From contig OZ024740.1 in assembly GCA_964016885.1 (NCBI GenBank), positions 412,796,001 to 412,860,000 of the forward strand: a stretch of DNA of 64,000 bases, in the 5' to 3' direction. This stretch comes from Eledone cirrhosa. Its lineage: Eukaryota. Shown here one piece after another: positions 21,216 through 35,888 of this stretch. A model generated the notes under the pieces. The model had not been told where the DNA came from. It searched no databases and was given only the letters and a program-made list of their open reading frames with translations. The position numbers and the translations under genes were made by a program. Position 1 is the stretch's first letter. Each line of letters begins with the position of its first letter.

Positions 21216-24200
21216 ATGACCTCACTCAGAGTAGGCAGCATAAATGCGCGTGGCTTGGCGTCGTCATGGAAGCAGGGTCACCTGCTCAACGACCTCAGGT
21301 CACTAAACATAGATGTAGTGGCCATCAGCGAGACCAGAATCACCGAAGCACGGGCCTTCGCACCGATCTTCGGCGGCTACGATGTGTACGCATCTCCCAG
21401 CCGTCCTGGATCGGGGGGAGGAGGTGCTGTGCTTTTTCGGAGAGGTTTGGATCTCGCCATACGGGCCATCTCCCTGGACCCAGAGGGTAAGCTGGTGGTG
21501 GTGGACGTGACCAGTGGAGACGGGCAAGCTTTCAGGCTAGTGGTCGTCTATGCCCCGACAGGAGCAGGGCGGCCTGATTTCTTCCGGCGTCTGGAGACCT
21601 TTCTTGGAACGTACCGCACTTTAGTGTTAGTGGGCGACTGGAACGGGATCTTAGATGCACGCTGGGACTGTGTGGAATTAGCGGATAGGGGTGGAGGGTG
21701 CAAGAGCCTCACCAACCTGCTCAGGCGTTTTAAACTGTCTGACAGGTACCGATTGGATTTCCCGAATGTGCCAATGTGGACTTGGACAAATCGCATAGGG
21801 TCATCCAGATCATATCTAGATAGAGTATTTTGTAGGGAAATAGATAGGTCTAGCTTAGGCTGTCCACAATTCAAGATAGTCAGCTACACGGACCACAAAT
21901 TCGTGATCTGTGTGCTTGACTTAGATAGGCTTCATAGACGAGGACCCGGCTACTGGAAGCTAAACGCGTCCTTACCAGCGCGCAAGGCCTACAGAGACCG
22001 GATCAGCGAACTAGTTAAGCGGGCGTTGATGGGGGCCATCGTCAACAACAAGTGGTGGTTTGCTCTGAAAAGAGCGATTAGAATAGAATCTATTAGGTTT
22101 AGTAAGGCTTTAGCAATAGAGAAAAATAGAGCAGAGGGAGAACTAGTTAGAAAATTAGACGAGGCGCTTAGCAAAGGCATTGCGACTGACGTGCTTGCGG
22201 CGAAATTGGCCCTTGACCAATTCTTCAATGAAAAGCACGAAGGCTGCGTTGTCAGAGCAAGGGTGCGTGCTCTCAGACACGAGGGGACGAAAGCCGTTCA
22301 ATGGGCCCGAGTGGCGGAGGCGCGTCGTAGCAACAAAGCAACGATCCGGTCTTTGGTGGACCACGACGGGCGCATGCTACTCGATCCCGGGAAAATGTGT
22401 GAAATTTTCAGCGACACTTCGCTCAGCTGTTCGGGGGCAGCGGTGGGCCGGGTCGCGGGATGGACTTTAGTGTCTACCTCGACAGACTGCCGCGGCTCTT
22501 GGCCACTGAGGCTAAGTGTTGCGAAAAGCCGATAACAGCCGCTGAAGTAAGGGAGGCAATGACTGGCTGCACAAGGGGTAAATCGCCTGGTTTGGATGGT
22601 CTGCCCTATGAACTTTACGTACAGATGCCAGACTTGTTCGGAGGCCTCTTGGCGGACGTCTACTGCAACTGGCAACAGAACTGGAGAATTCCCAGTTCTG
22701 TGAGCCGAGGAGCGGTGGCACTGCTGAGAAAGGATCCGAACAAGGGGGATAACATAGATAATTTCCGGCCCATAACTCTGCTAAACACAGAGTTCAAGAT
22801 TTTGGCCAAGGTGCTAGCAAAGAGGTTGGCGCTTGTCGTTGGTGGTCTAGTGGGAGAGGCGCAGACATGCGCCATTATTGACAGATCCATCCACGACAAC
22901 CTCCACCTCATGCGATACATCGTAGAGAGGGTAGCTAGGGAACCTGGCACGGGTGGGTCCTTGATCAATTTAGATCAGTCGAAAGCTTTCGATAGGGTCG
23001 ACCATCGTTACCTAGCGGCAGTCCTGGGGGCGGCTGGCTTTGGGCCCGTCTTTAGAAGCTGGATTGCTGCCATGCACAGCGACATCTGCTCTGTGGTGAG
23101 AGTGAACGGTCATCTGTCGGAACCGTTCAACATCAGCCGCTCGGTCCGCCAAGGATGTCCCCTCTCGTCCCTCTTGTACGTATTGACTCTCGAGACATTA
23201 CTGCACAAACTGGAGACGTCGAGGAGCGTCCCGCGCGAACTAGGATGCGGAAGATCCGGGTCAGCATATGTGGACGATGTCACCGTAGTGGTGTCGAACG
23301 CCAAACACATCGAGGCGATCGGCACTACACTAAGAGAATACGAAGCGGTGACAGGAGCAATGATCAACCAGGAAAAGTCAGTGGGCCTGCAGCTCGGCAC
23401 CTGGAGAGGCAGGTCCATACCGTCCAACAGCGTCGTCGGACGCTGGACGGACGGACCGGTTAAATTGCTAGGGGTCTGGTTAGGTCCGGATCTCCAGACG
23501 GACAAAAACTGGGACGAGGTGACGAGCAGGGTGGCTTCTCTCACCCAGAAATGGGCGGAGAGGAAGCTATCCCTGAAAGGTCGAGCGGAGGTGGCTAACG
23601 CGTACATCGCGTCTGTCATCTGCTACCGCCTGACCGTCGTACCTTGTCCTAAGCCTCGCCTGACTGCGCTGGAGCGTTTGCTCTTTCGCTTTTTGTGGAA
23701 GGGACGCGCTCCGATGGTCAGGCGGTCCATCTGTTGTCAACACCCGCTACGCGGAGGGCTGGGAATGCCGTGGCTGATGATGCGCAGGCACGCGCTCAGG
23801 CTACGACATCTCCACCTCTTCCTCGACGGTGATCAGGTGTGGTCTCCGTTTGCTAGACACGTATTTCCCCAGCTCGTTTCCTTGACGGAGCTGCAGTCCT
23901 GGGTCAAGCGAAGACCGAGAGGGAGCGCCTGGAGACTGGAATGTCTTCAGGCGCTCACAGCCCTCGACCAATCAGGCAATGTGATCGGTGGAAACTCCAC
24001 CTCGGCGTTCTATAGAGGATTAGTGGAGGGGAAGAGCGACGACATACTTGAGGAAACTCTAGGCGTCGACGAAAATCAACTAGCCAATCTCTTCGGAAGA
24101 ACTTTCGGGCCAGGGCCTATGGACAACTTCCAGAAATCTCTGGCCTGGCAGTGCTACCGAGGAGCCTTGCCAGTTCGGGATAAACTCTACAGGCATGGAG

Positions 24201-24634
24201 GTGCCGTCAGCCGGGCATGTTCGAGATGCGCGCAGGGCGACGAAACCGTCCTGCACGCACTTGTCCAGTGTCCGAAAATTGCTGACTTGTGGGTTTATGT
24301 CGAACACCTGCTGTCGCGTTTAGGACGGATCCGGTTGTCATCTGAGTCCATCGTGAGGATTGCCCCGCCCTCCTCCTTTAGCCGGGAAGGGCAGGCAGTT
24401 TTTATCTGTCTGGTGGCCATGGCGAAAGAGATAGTATGGGGGACACGTTTGAAAGGGCTGAAGACGAGCACTTACCTCTTCGGTGATGCTCTGATTGACT
24501 TTTTCAAATGTCATTTGAAAAGGAAAATCAGAGTAGAGAGGGAAGTGCTCTCTCCCCAGCATTTTGTTGAAAGATGGGTGAGAGAAGCAAGAATGGCCCG
24601 AGTGAATGGGCCTACTCTGAGTATATATCTGTAA
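21216..24634 (+). pseudogene. Tx1 ORF2: APE endonuclease + reverse transcriptase + C-terminal CCHC; 1-bp frameshift near 22405
   Basis: INARGL, SETR, VYAP, VGDWN, YLDR, TDHK, GYWKLN; SKAFDRVDH, VRQGCPLS, YVDD (YADD in other copies); CSRC..ETVLHALVQC. Confidence 0.93.
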
Positions 24635-24862
24635 ATTAAAGGTGGAAAACTGGGAGAGGGCACTTGCCTTGGTGGTCAGGGTCATTGTGGCCTTTTACTG
24701 GGCTTTCTCCACAAATGTCCTCCTATTGGGGAATTTTTCATTATTATTTTGTTACATCCTCTGTTATTTTTACACGCAGAAATGCCCATTTGTACCGTCC
24801 TGTATTGTCCTGCACTGTCCTTAATGTCTACTTCATGTAAACCCTTGTGGTTAATAAAGAAA

Positions 24863-24894
<32 letters not shown>

Positions 24895-27800
24895 GGTTAT
24901 CATTACAGAACGGCGGTAACTAAATTGGCATAAGTTGGTTGAATTTTTGATGAGTTATCGAACGTTCTAATAATATATTTTTGCATCGGTGTGTAGTTAA
25001 AGAACCCCTCTGTCCAAGGAGGTGGCTTTTTTAACTGTATCTCGCGCCCTTGAGGGCTAAATTTGCTTTTATTTACAATCATAACCCCAAAATAAAAATA
25101 AAAAAACATGGCGGACAAAGAAAATTGTCCACAGGGAGGAACACAGAGTTGTTCAAAGGGCGGAACAGCCAATTCCACCCAATCACAAGGTAAAGTAAAA
25201 AAAAACAAGAGAAACAGCAGCAGCAGCGACAACGACAGTGATAATGATATCACCAACAGCTGTCACTGGAACTGTAGTAGCAGTAGTGAAAATTATAACG
25301 AAAAATGTCCTGCGTTTCAGAAATCAAACACCACTACCACCCCAATAACAACAGCAACAACCACAAAGAACCCAAAGAATAACAACTATAACAGCAGCAA
25401 CACAGAAGAAAAAGAAACAAACAAAAACACCGGCGACGGCAACAAAGACAAAACTAGTGACGTGTCTACACAAATCAAAACAAACACATATTTCGCGAAA
25501 GCGACCAACAAGTTTGAGCAAATAAACATCACTAACGAAGAGATAAAACAAGCAAAGGTCTTCGTAAAAAAAAAAGGGACACAGAGTAAGTCTCACCCGC
25601 CCAGCTGAGATAATAAGAAACAAACTTTTGTGTTCGGTCAAAATCCAGGCGAGTTGAACGGGTAACGGAGTCACAGATCCAAAGAGCACAGAAATCATAT
25701 ATAGCCCGGGGATCGAGATATGGCACTGTGGATGTGCTCTTCGCTACACCAGAGGAAGCCATAGCACACTCCATTGCAATACTCCGCAGCGACGAAATCA
25801 CAATGATGCTTACATATTACGGCCAGAGAGTCGTGAGGGTTCGAGTAGGCCAGGTTCCACCCTCAGTGGTTGACGGCAGCCGTCCTCGCTGACGTTGCAG
25901 ATTCAACAACCATACTCAACGTCATACGAATAAGACAGGACAATTGGACAGGGTCGGGGATGGAGCTAATCATCCAAGCAAACCAGGAAAGCGTTGAGGC
26001 CATCCCCGATTTAATAGACCTGGACGATGGCAGCCATCTACCCGTGAGTGTCGAAGGTAGGCGTCCAAGGTGTCATGGATGCGGTGACAAGACGCACCTT
26101 AAGGCATTCTGCCCCAAAATTGCCAAAGCAGGCACGCGCCCACCCCTTCTCTTCTCCCTACGCTGTGCCCCGAAACTGGAGCAGACAAACAAACAAATAA
26201 CACAGTGGCAGAAGAGAAATCACCATCCCCAACAACAAAATCACCATCTCTTCCACCACACACAAAACCAATGGAAAGCATACCTCTTCCTGATATAGCC
26301 AAATCGGACAAGGAGTGCCATGAGGCCGAAGAGTGGAGAACTATTCCAACAAAAAAAGGAAGAACTCCCTACCCTCATCCCCCCCCCCCCAAAAAAAAGA
26401 GGAAGGAAGAACCTTATAAAAAAGAAAATAAAAACTACCCCCACCTCCTCCACCACCATCAACAGCCACATCCCCACAACCACCTACACCATCACCACCA
26501 CCAACACCACCACCACCACCACCACCGCCACCCTTACCATCTACTCCATCGTCACCTCCAACAACACGACAGCAAACAGAAAACACCAACACCCAAACAG
26601 CAGACACGATACACAGACATAGACACAGACAACACAAAGCTTTTAAATTACATTCGACACCACACCAGCATCACAGAAGCAAACTACGTACAAACCACCA
26701 AAATTGCACCCCCACCCCACTCCCACCCCCACCCCCGCCCCACATACATGCAAATAATAGAAATTACACAAAAAAATTACATAACATTAAAAAAATGTTC
26801 ACCACATCATTTAGAGACTACCGAGGGAACATCACCAAAAGAATATTCACGGATATTCTCGTGGAGAACACCACCAATGGTCGGAGAGATGGATCTCCCA
26901 CCCCGTTCCTAAAGAAGAGCCACGGGTAATTTTTTTGTACCTCTCCCCTCTCACTTGTTTTCCTCCTATCCTAGCCAGCATGGCTACTCTCAGAATAGGT
27001 AGCATAAATGTACGAGGCCTGGGGTCGTCTTGGATGCAGGGGCACTTGCTGAACGATCTCAGGTTGCTAAACATAGATGTGGTGACCATCAGCGAGACCA
27101 AAACCTCCGAGGCACGGGCCTTCGCACTGATCTTCGGCGGCTACGATGTGTACGCATCTCTAAGCCGTCCTGGATCGGGGGGAGGAGTTGCTGTGCTTTT
27201 CGGAGAGTTTTGGATCTCGCCATACGGACCATCCTCCTGGACCCAGAAGGTAAGTTGGTGGTGCTGGACGTAACCAGCGGAGACGGGAAAGCTTTCAGGC
27301 TAATGGCCGTCTATGCCCAGACAGGAGCAGGGCGGCCTGATTTCTTCCGGCGTCTGGAGACCTTTCTTGGAACGTCCCGCTCTTTAGAGTTAGTGGGCGA
27401 CTGGAACGGGATCTTAGATGCACGCTGGGACTGTGTGGGACTAGCGGATAGGGGAGGAGGGTGCAAAAGCCTCACCAACCTTCTCAGGCGTTTTGAACAG
27501 TCTGACAGGTACCGATTGGATTTCCCGAATGTGCCAATGTCGACTTGGAAAAACCGTATCGGGTCATCCAGATCATATCTAGATAGAGTATTTTGTAGGG
27601 AAATAGATAGGTCTAGCATAGGCTGTCCACAATTCAAGATAGTCAGCTACACGGACCACAAATTCGTGATCTGTGTGCTTGACTCAGATAGGCGTCATAG
27701 ACGAGGACCCGGCTACTGGAAGCTAAACGCGACCATACCAGCGGGCAAGGCCTACAGAGACCGGATTAGCGAACTAGTTAAGCGGGCGTTGACGGGGGCC

Positions 27801-30183
27801 ATCGTCAACAACAGTTCCATTAGATTTAGTAAGGCTTTAGCTATAGAGAAAAATAGAGCAGAGGGAGAACTAGTTAGAAAATTAGACGAGGCGCTTAGCA
27901 AAGGCATCGCGACCGACGTACATGCGGCGAAATTGGCCCTTGACCAATTCTTCAATGTAAAGCACGAAGGATGCGTTGTCAGAGCTAGGGTGCGTGCTCA
28001 GACACGAGGGGGCGAAAGCAGTTCAATGGTCCCGAGTGTCGGAGGCGTGTCGTGGAAACAAAGCCACGATCCGGTATTTGGTGGACCACGACAGGCGCAT
28101 GATACTCGATCCCGGGCAAATGTGTGAAGCTTTTCAGCGACACTTCGCACGGCTGTTCGGGTGAAGTGGCGGGCCGGATCGAGGGATGGACTTTAGTGTC
28201 TACCTCGACGGACTGCCGCGGCACTCGGCCTCTGAGGCGGAGTGTTGCTAAAAGCTGATAACAGCCGCTGAAGTACGGGAGGCAATAACTGGCTGCACAA
28301 GGGGTAAATCGCCTGGTTTGGATGTTCTGCCCTATGAACTTTACGCACAGATGCCAGACTTGTTCGGAGGCCTCAGAATGGGAGAATTCCCAGCTCTGTG
28401 AGCCGAGGAGGTGTGGGGCTGCTGAGAAAGGATCCAAACAAGGGGGATAACATAGATAATTTCAGGGCCATAACTCTGCTAAACACAGAGTTCAAGATTT
28501 TGTTTGGCCAAGTGCTAGCAAAGAGGTTGGCGCGTGTCGTTGGTGGTCTGGTGGGAGAGGCGCAGACATGCGCCATTCCCGACAGATCAATCCACAACCT
28601 CCACCTCATGCGATACATCGTAGAGAGGGTAGCTAGGGAATCTGGCACGGGTGGGTCCTTGATCAATTTAGATCAGTCGAAAGCTTTCGATAGGGTCGAT
28701 CATCGTTACCTAGTGGCAGTCCTGAGAGCGGCTGGCTTGGGCTCGTCTTTAGAAGCTGGATCGCTGCCATGCACAGCGACATCTGCTCTGTGGTGAGAGT
28801 GAACGGTCACCTTTCGGAACCGTTCAACATAATGCGCTCGGTCCGCCAAGGACGTCCACTCTCGTCCCTCTTGTACGTATTGAGTCTCGAGCCATTACTG
28901 CACAAACTGGAGACGTTGAGTGGGGTCCTGCGCGAACTAGGATGCGGAAGATCAGTGTCAGCATATGCGGACGATGTCACCGTAGTGGTGTCGAACGCCA
29001 AACACATCGAGGCGATCGGCACTACACTAAGAGAATACAAAGCGGTGACAGGAGCAATGGTCAACCAGGTAAAGTCAGTGGGCCTGCAGCTCGGCACCTG
29101 CTGAGGCAGGTCCATGCCGTCCAACAGCGTCGTCGGGTGCTGGACGGACGGACGGGTTAAATTGCTAGGGTTCTGGTTCGGTCCGGACCTCCAGACGGAC
29201 AAAAACTGGGACGAGGTGACGAGCAGGGTGGCTTCTCTCACCCAGAAATGGGCGGAGAGGAAGCTATCCCTGAAAGGTCGAGCGGAGGTGGCTAACGCGT
29301 ACATCGCATCCGTCATCTACTACCTCCTGACCGTCGTACCTTGTCCTAAGCCTGCGCCTCGTCTAATTTTCTAACTAGTTTGCTCTTTCGCTTTTTGTGG
29401 AAAGGACGCGCTCCGATAGTCAGGCGGTCCATCTGCTGTCAACACCCGCTACGTGGAGGGCTGGGAATGCCGTGGCTGATGATGCGCAGACACGCGCTCA
29501 GGCTACGACATCTCCACCTCTTCTTCGACGGTGATCAGGTGTGGTCGCCGTTTGGTAGATGCGTCTTTCCCCAGCTCGTCTCCTTGACGGAGCTGCAGTC
29601 CTGGGTCAAGCGAAGACCAAGAGGGAGCGCTTGGAGACTGGAATGTCTTCAGGCGCTCACAGCCCTCGACCAATCGGGCAATGTGATCGGTGGAAACTCC
29701 ACCTTGGCGTTCTATAGAGGATTAGTGGAGGGGAAGATCGCCGACGTATTGGGGAAACTCAAGGCGTCGATGAAAATCAACTAGCCAATCTCTGCGGAGG
29801 AACTTTCGGGCCTGGGCCTATGGACAACTTCCAGAAATCCCTGGCCTGGCAGTGCTACCGAGGAGCTTTGCCAGTTCGGGATAAACTCTACAGGTATGGA
29901 GGTGCCGTCAGCCGGGCATGTCCGAGATGCGCGCAGAGCGACGAAACCTTTCTGCACGCACTTGTCCAGTGTCCGAGCATTGCTGACTTGTGGGTTTATG
30001 TCGAACACCTGCTGTCACGTGTAGGACGGATCCAGCTATGAACTGAGTCCATCGTGAGGATTGCCCCACCCTCTTCCTTTAGTCGGGGAGGGCAGGCAGT
30101 TTTTATTTGTCTGGTGGCCATGGCGAAAGAGATAGTATGGTGGACACGTTTGAAAGAGCTGAAGACGAGCACTTACCTCTTCA
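24895..30183 (+). mobile_element. Tx1 element 3: distinct 5'UTR/ORF1 (type B) on a family A ORF2; 3' end lost
   Basis: ORF1 remnants 25108-26929 (CHGCGDKTHLKAFC); ORF2 from 26980 is near-identical to copy 2 after ~27070; similarity stops at ACTTACCTCTTC (30182). Confidence 0.9.
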
Positions 30184-33100
30184 GTGCCCAGCGATATGTC
30201 AGCTGTCGTGCGACAACGACGTAGAAGTTGAGAGGAGCGCTACAGCAAAATTAACACACATTGATAACACAAACACCACCACAAACAAGGTAAACAAAGA
30301 CACCAATGATACCAATAAGAACTCTAATTTTGAAAAAAATGACAGTAACAGCGACAACGAAAATACAACTAACAATAAAAAAAATAACAAATACAACAAC
30401 AATATCAACATCACTAACATGAAAACAAATAGCGACAACACCAACAGCAACAATACCAACTGCACCAAGAACAACGGTGGCAACAAAGACAACAATGATA
30501 ACAGTGACAGTGCTAACAACAACACCGACAACAACAACGTCAACAACACCCCCAACGAAAAGAAGACCACTTTCGCTGCGGCAGCAGCAAAAAAGAGGCC
30601 ATGCTTCAACATGGACCTCTCAAACAAAGATGAAAAGTTGGCCCAGGCATGGAAGCTCATCAAGCAAGAGCAAACTTGGGCCAACTTAACTGTCCCGGTA
30701 GAAGGTATTGAGGCAGTGGAGCGCAAAACGGTGCATTATAGATGCATCTCAGCACAAACCAAAAGGGCAGCGTTAATCCCACAAGAAGATTCGAAGTCGC
30801 GCTGAGGTGCATCAGAGAAGACACACAGTACATAAAGAGGGGCAGACAGTACGGCATCATTTCGGTGTTGTTCAAGTCAGAAGCCCTCGCTATGAAACAC
30901 GCTATGACTCTTTGCAAATCCAGCAAGGTCATAATGTACCCCTCCCACATGGAAAAAAAGAACGGCCCGTCTCCGCATTCCCAGAATCCCACCAGGACTT
31001 GACATGTGGTGGCTTCTGGGATGTGTGATTGTGGAGGGGACGGATACAGTCCCTATAGAAGTGAGCAGAACGGCCAGAGAGGAGTGGTCCGGGGTTGACC
31101 TGGAGATCCTTCTCCAGATCAGGCCCGAGAATGTGAAGACAATCCCAGACCACATCCGCCTTCAGAATGGGACTGTCATTCACGTTATGAACGAAGGCAA
31201 AAGGCCGCAGTGTTTTGTTTGTGGGGAAAAAACCCATTTGCGAGCCTTCTGCCCTCAACTGCTGAAAGAGGCAAGTAGTCGAAAGGCTCCACTGATGCCG
31301 ACGCCGGGGCGAGGACCACAACCAACACCTGCACCGCAAAACCACCAACAACACCAATAGAAAGACCACCACCAACATTGACCACCCAGGAGGGAAACGA
31401 GGAAAGCTGTCAAATTGCCCCTCCCCCAAAAAATACACACACCAATAAAACCTTAAACATAAATACAGACACACTTACAGACACAGACCCCTCATCTATC
31501 AGTAGTGAAAATGAGGGAAATCCAAAATTCCCCGAAATACAAAAAAGGAAACACAAAAAGGAAAAAAAAACGCAACAAAGCACAAAATCACCCACAATAA
31601 AAAACGCAGACACCACCCACGCAAACATCTCTGCAATAACACCAACATCAACACCACCATCACCATCACCAGAATCCCCCAAACGAAAACAACCGAAACA
31701 GACGCAAGAACAAATATATACACAAACATCTGAAACCACAGACACCGCACTCACAACAAACACAGATACAACCGAAACAACACCACCAAAACCATCACCA
31801 CCACAGCCACGAAAACAAATAAAATCACACCAACAAAACTTCGTGCTCGTCAGGAGAACCAACAAGGAACTGATGGCCCTCGTAGCACGAAGTGAAAATA
31901 TACAAAAAGAGGGGGAAATTTTTAAATCGGACACATTTCGCGTGCCGGAAGATTTTGATCTGGTGCGAATGTCGCTCGACATATTCAAAGAAATACGAGA
32001 CAGGTTTCCTCGGGACGTGGGAACCCCGAACGTAAAACCCACTTCAAGACTTTTAAAGGGGTTTCCAAAAGAAACCCCACTAACTATGGAGGTCGAACAA
32101 CACGACCTTCACAAGAGCCCGGAAGGTAAGTAAACCTTCCTCTCTCTCTGTTTAACCTGCCAACATGGCCGTATTAAGAGTAGGATGTTTAAATGTTCGA
32201 GGCTTGGAATCGTCCTGGAAGCAGGGTCACCTGCTCAACGACCTCAGGTCTATAGAAATGGATGTAATTGCAGTCAGCGAGACCAGGATTTCCGACACGC
32301 GCGCACTAGCCCCCATTTTCGACGACTATCAGATCTTTGCATCTGTTAGTCGGCCGGGAATGGGAGGCGGGGTGGCAGTGCTGTTTAGGAAATGCCTGGA
32401 TCTCGAGGTAAGGTCGATCTTCTGGGACCCGGACGGGAAGTTGGTGGTCCTGGACGTGAACTGGTGGCCGTCTATGCTACTACTGGGGCAGGATGGCCGG
32501 ATTTCTTTAGACGCCTGGAAGCCTTTCTGGGTACGTCTCGCCCTTTACTGTTAGCGGGGGACTGGAACGGCATCTTAGATGCACGCTTGGACTGTGTGGG
32601 AGTATCCGATAGGAGCGGGGGGTGCAAAAGCCTCAAGAACCTGATCAGCCAGTTCCAACTGTCTGACAGGTACCGACTAGATTTCCCCAATGCGCCAGTG
32701 TGGACCAGGGCTAACCGCATAGGGTCATCTAGATCGTATATAGACAGGATATTCATTAGAAAATAGACAGAAATAGTGTAAGATGTCCACGTTTTCAAAC
32801 GGTCGCCTATTCAGATCACAAGTTTGTGATCTGTATGGTCGATCTAGATAAGACGCGTAGGTTAGGACCTGGTTACTGGAAGCTAAACATGTCATTTCCA
32901 GCACATAAGGCTTACAGAGACCGGGTCAATAATTTAGTTAAGAAAAAGTTGACAGGGGGAGTCGTCAACAATAGATGGGGGGGGGGGCTCTCAAAATAGA
33001 GATTAGAGTAATGTCGATAGAGTTTAGCAAAGAAGTAGCATTAGAGAAAAATAGAAAGGAGGGGGAGTTGGTAGATAAGTTAGACGAGGCTATTGGTAGT

Positions 33101-35834
33101 GACATTGTTACTGACGTGCTAGTGGCGAGAATGGCATTAGACCATTTCTTCAATGCGAAACACGAAGGTTGCATTGTCAGAGCTAAGGCGCGTACTCTGA
33201 GAAACGAGGGAACCAAAGCTGTTCGATGGGCCCGCGTGGCAGAGGCGCAGCCTGGTAATAAAACCACGATTCGGTCTTTGACGGACCGAGACGGGCACGG
33301 GCTGAGCGACACCAAGAGGATGTGTGAGGCCTTTCGCCAACATTTTGCTCGGTTGTTCGGGGGAAGTTGGGGGTAAGAGATGGTGGCGGACTTCAGTCCG
33401 TACCTCGATGGCTTGCCGCAACTCTCGACGGCTGACGTTGGGCGCTGCGAAAGGCCAATTACTTCAGCCGAGATTCAGGATGCCCTTTTAGGCTGCATGA
33501 GGCGCAAGTCACCCGGTTTTGATGGTCTGACCTACGAGCTTTACGTAAATATGCCAGACTTGTTCTCCAATCTCCTCGAAGCCCTCTACTGCAACTGGCA
33601 GCAAAACGGGAGTATTCCCAGTTCTGTGAGCCGGGGCGTAGTGACGCTGATAAGGAAAGACGAGAACAAGAGGGACACATTAGACAATTTCAGGCCCATA
33701 ACTCTTCTCAACACAGAGTTTAAGATTTTGGCCAGGGTGTTAGCGAAGAGGTTGGCGCTTGTCGTCGGGGATTTGGTTGGGGAGGCGCAAACTTGCGCAA
33801 CCCCAAACAGATCCATACACGTCAACCTCCACCTAATGCGATATATCATAGAGAGGGTAGGGTGTAAACCGGGCTTCGGTGGGGCTCTGATCAATTTAGA
33901 TCACCCGAAAGCATTCGTTAGGGTCGACCATCGGTACCTGGAGGCTGTCCTCAAGGCGGCTGGCTTCGGCCCCGTCTTCAGAAGCTGGATCGCTGCAATG
34001 CACAGCGGCACCTGATCGATGGTCAACATTAATGGCCACCTCTCGGAACCGTTTCAGGTCTCCCGATCGGTCCGTCAAGGGTGCCCTCTCTCCTCCCTTC
34101 TGTACGTATTGACTCTCGAGCCTTTACTGCGGAAGCTGGAGCTGTTGCAGGGCATCCCGCTCGAACCGGGATGCGGAAAGGCTGTGTCGGCTTATGCGGA
34201 CAACATCACCGTGATGGTGTCGGACATCTCAGAAATCGAGGTGGTCGGCAACTTATTGGAGGAATATGAAAGGTTGACGGGAGCAAAACTTAACCCGGAA
34301 AAGTCAGTAGGTTTGCAACTCGGCACCTGGAGAGGCAAGTCCATGCCGTCCAACAGCGTCGTTAAACGCTGGACGGACGGACCGGTAAAGTTGCTAGGGG
34401 TTTGGTTCTGGCCAGGCCTCCAGGTGGATAATAATTGGGACGAGGTGACGGGTAGGGTAGTCAGTCTCACCCAGAAATGGGCTGGGATGCAGCTATCACT
34501 AAAAGGTCGCGCGGAGGTGGCGAACGCGTACATCGCATCCGTCATCTTCTACCGTCTGACTGTCGTCCCTTGTCTCCGTTCGCGCCTCGCCATCTTGGAG
34601 CGGTTCCTCTTCAAATTCTTGTGGAGGAGTCAGGTTCCGCTGGTGAGGCGGTCCATCTGTGGCCAGCACCCTCTACGTAGAGGGCTGGGCATGCCGTGGC
34701 TAATGATGCGCAGGCACGCGCTGAGGCTGCGGCATCTCCAGATATTCTGCCTAAACGGTGAACAGTGTGGTCGCCGTTTGTCAGACGGGCCTTTCTACAG
34801 CTCATTTCTTTGACTGAGTTGCAGTCCTAGGTCAAGAAGAGACCGAGACTGGGTGACTGGCATCTGGAATGTTGCCAGGCACCCACTGCCCTCTACCAGG
34901 CGGGCAATGCGATCAATGGAAATTCCACTCTCGAGTTCTATAGAGGATTAGTGGTGGGCAAGTGCGACGACGCACTCGGAGAGGCTCTGGGAGTCAACGA
35001 AGTCGAACTAACAAGTCTGTACCGGAAGACTTTAGAGCCGGGGACGATGGATAATTTCCAAAAATCCCTCGCTTGGCAGTGCTACCGGAGGGCACTGCCG
35101 GTTCGAGATAAACTCTACAGGCACGGAAGTGCTGTCAGACGGACCTGCCCAAGATGCGCGGAGAGCGACGAAACCGTTCTGCACGCACTCGTCCAGTGTC
35201 CGTGCATTACTGACTTATGGAGTTATGTTGAACAGCTGTTGTCGCGTGTAGAACGGATCCGGCTATCGGCCGAGTCCATAGTGAAGATCGACCCACCGCC
35301 TTCTTTTGGCCAGGAAGGGCAGGCAATTTTCCTCTGTCTGGTGGCAGTAGCGAAAGAGGTTGTATGGTGGACGAGGTTGAAAGGACTGAAAACAGACACT
35401 TTTCTCTTCGGCCAATCCCTCATCAACTTTTTCAAGTTTCACTTGGAAAGGAAGGTGAGGGTGGAGAGAGAAGTGCTGCCCCCCCAGTACATTTGCTGAA
35501 AGGTGGGTGAATGTGGCGAGAACGGCCCGTGTGAGTGGGCCTACTCTGGTCATGCGGCTGTAGATAGGTAAATTTGAAGAGGAGAGGGGTGCCCTTCGAG
35601 GGTGCTCTCGAAGCGTCGGGTCGTTCAGGACTGGTAGGGTACCTGAGCGAACCCTAGGTGGTCATCCCCCCCCCTATTGTGGAATTTTTTCTTGTTGTAA
35701 TTTTATTGTTACTTTATTGTTTCTTTGTTATTTTTACTTTTTATTCATATTGTTTACTCGATTTTTCTGTAAAACCACACTGTCCCAGTTTTGTATTGTC
35801 CCCTATATGTCGGCCCTTGTGGCCAATAAATGCA
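30184..35834 (+). mobile_element. Tx1 element 4: divergent family C, 5' end lost, fused directly to element 3
   Basis: ORF1 remnants to 32133 (CFVCGEKTHLRAFC); ORF2 32165-35563 (LNVRGL, LAGDWN, RQGCPLS, YADN); own 3'UTR ending CCCTTGTGGCCAATAAATGCA(ATT)n. Confidence 0.9.

Positions 35835-35888
<54 letters not shown>

Larger units (their letters stand above)
18856..24864 (+). mobile_element. L1/Tx1-clade LINE, family A, copy 2 (full length, best preserved)
   Basis: 5'UTR, ORF1, APE-RT-zinc finger ORF2 and 3'UTR ending AATAAAGAAATC; (ATT)n on both sides. Confidence 0.95.

Noticed and set aside
22395-22535. Programmed frameshift between APE and RT
   Set aside because: Other copies read GAAGCTTTTCAG in frame; copy 2 has a private 1-bp deletion.
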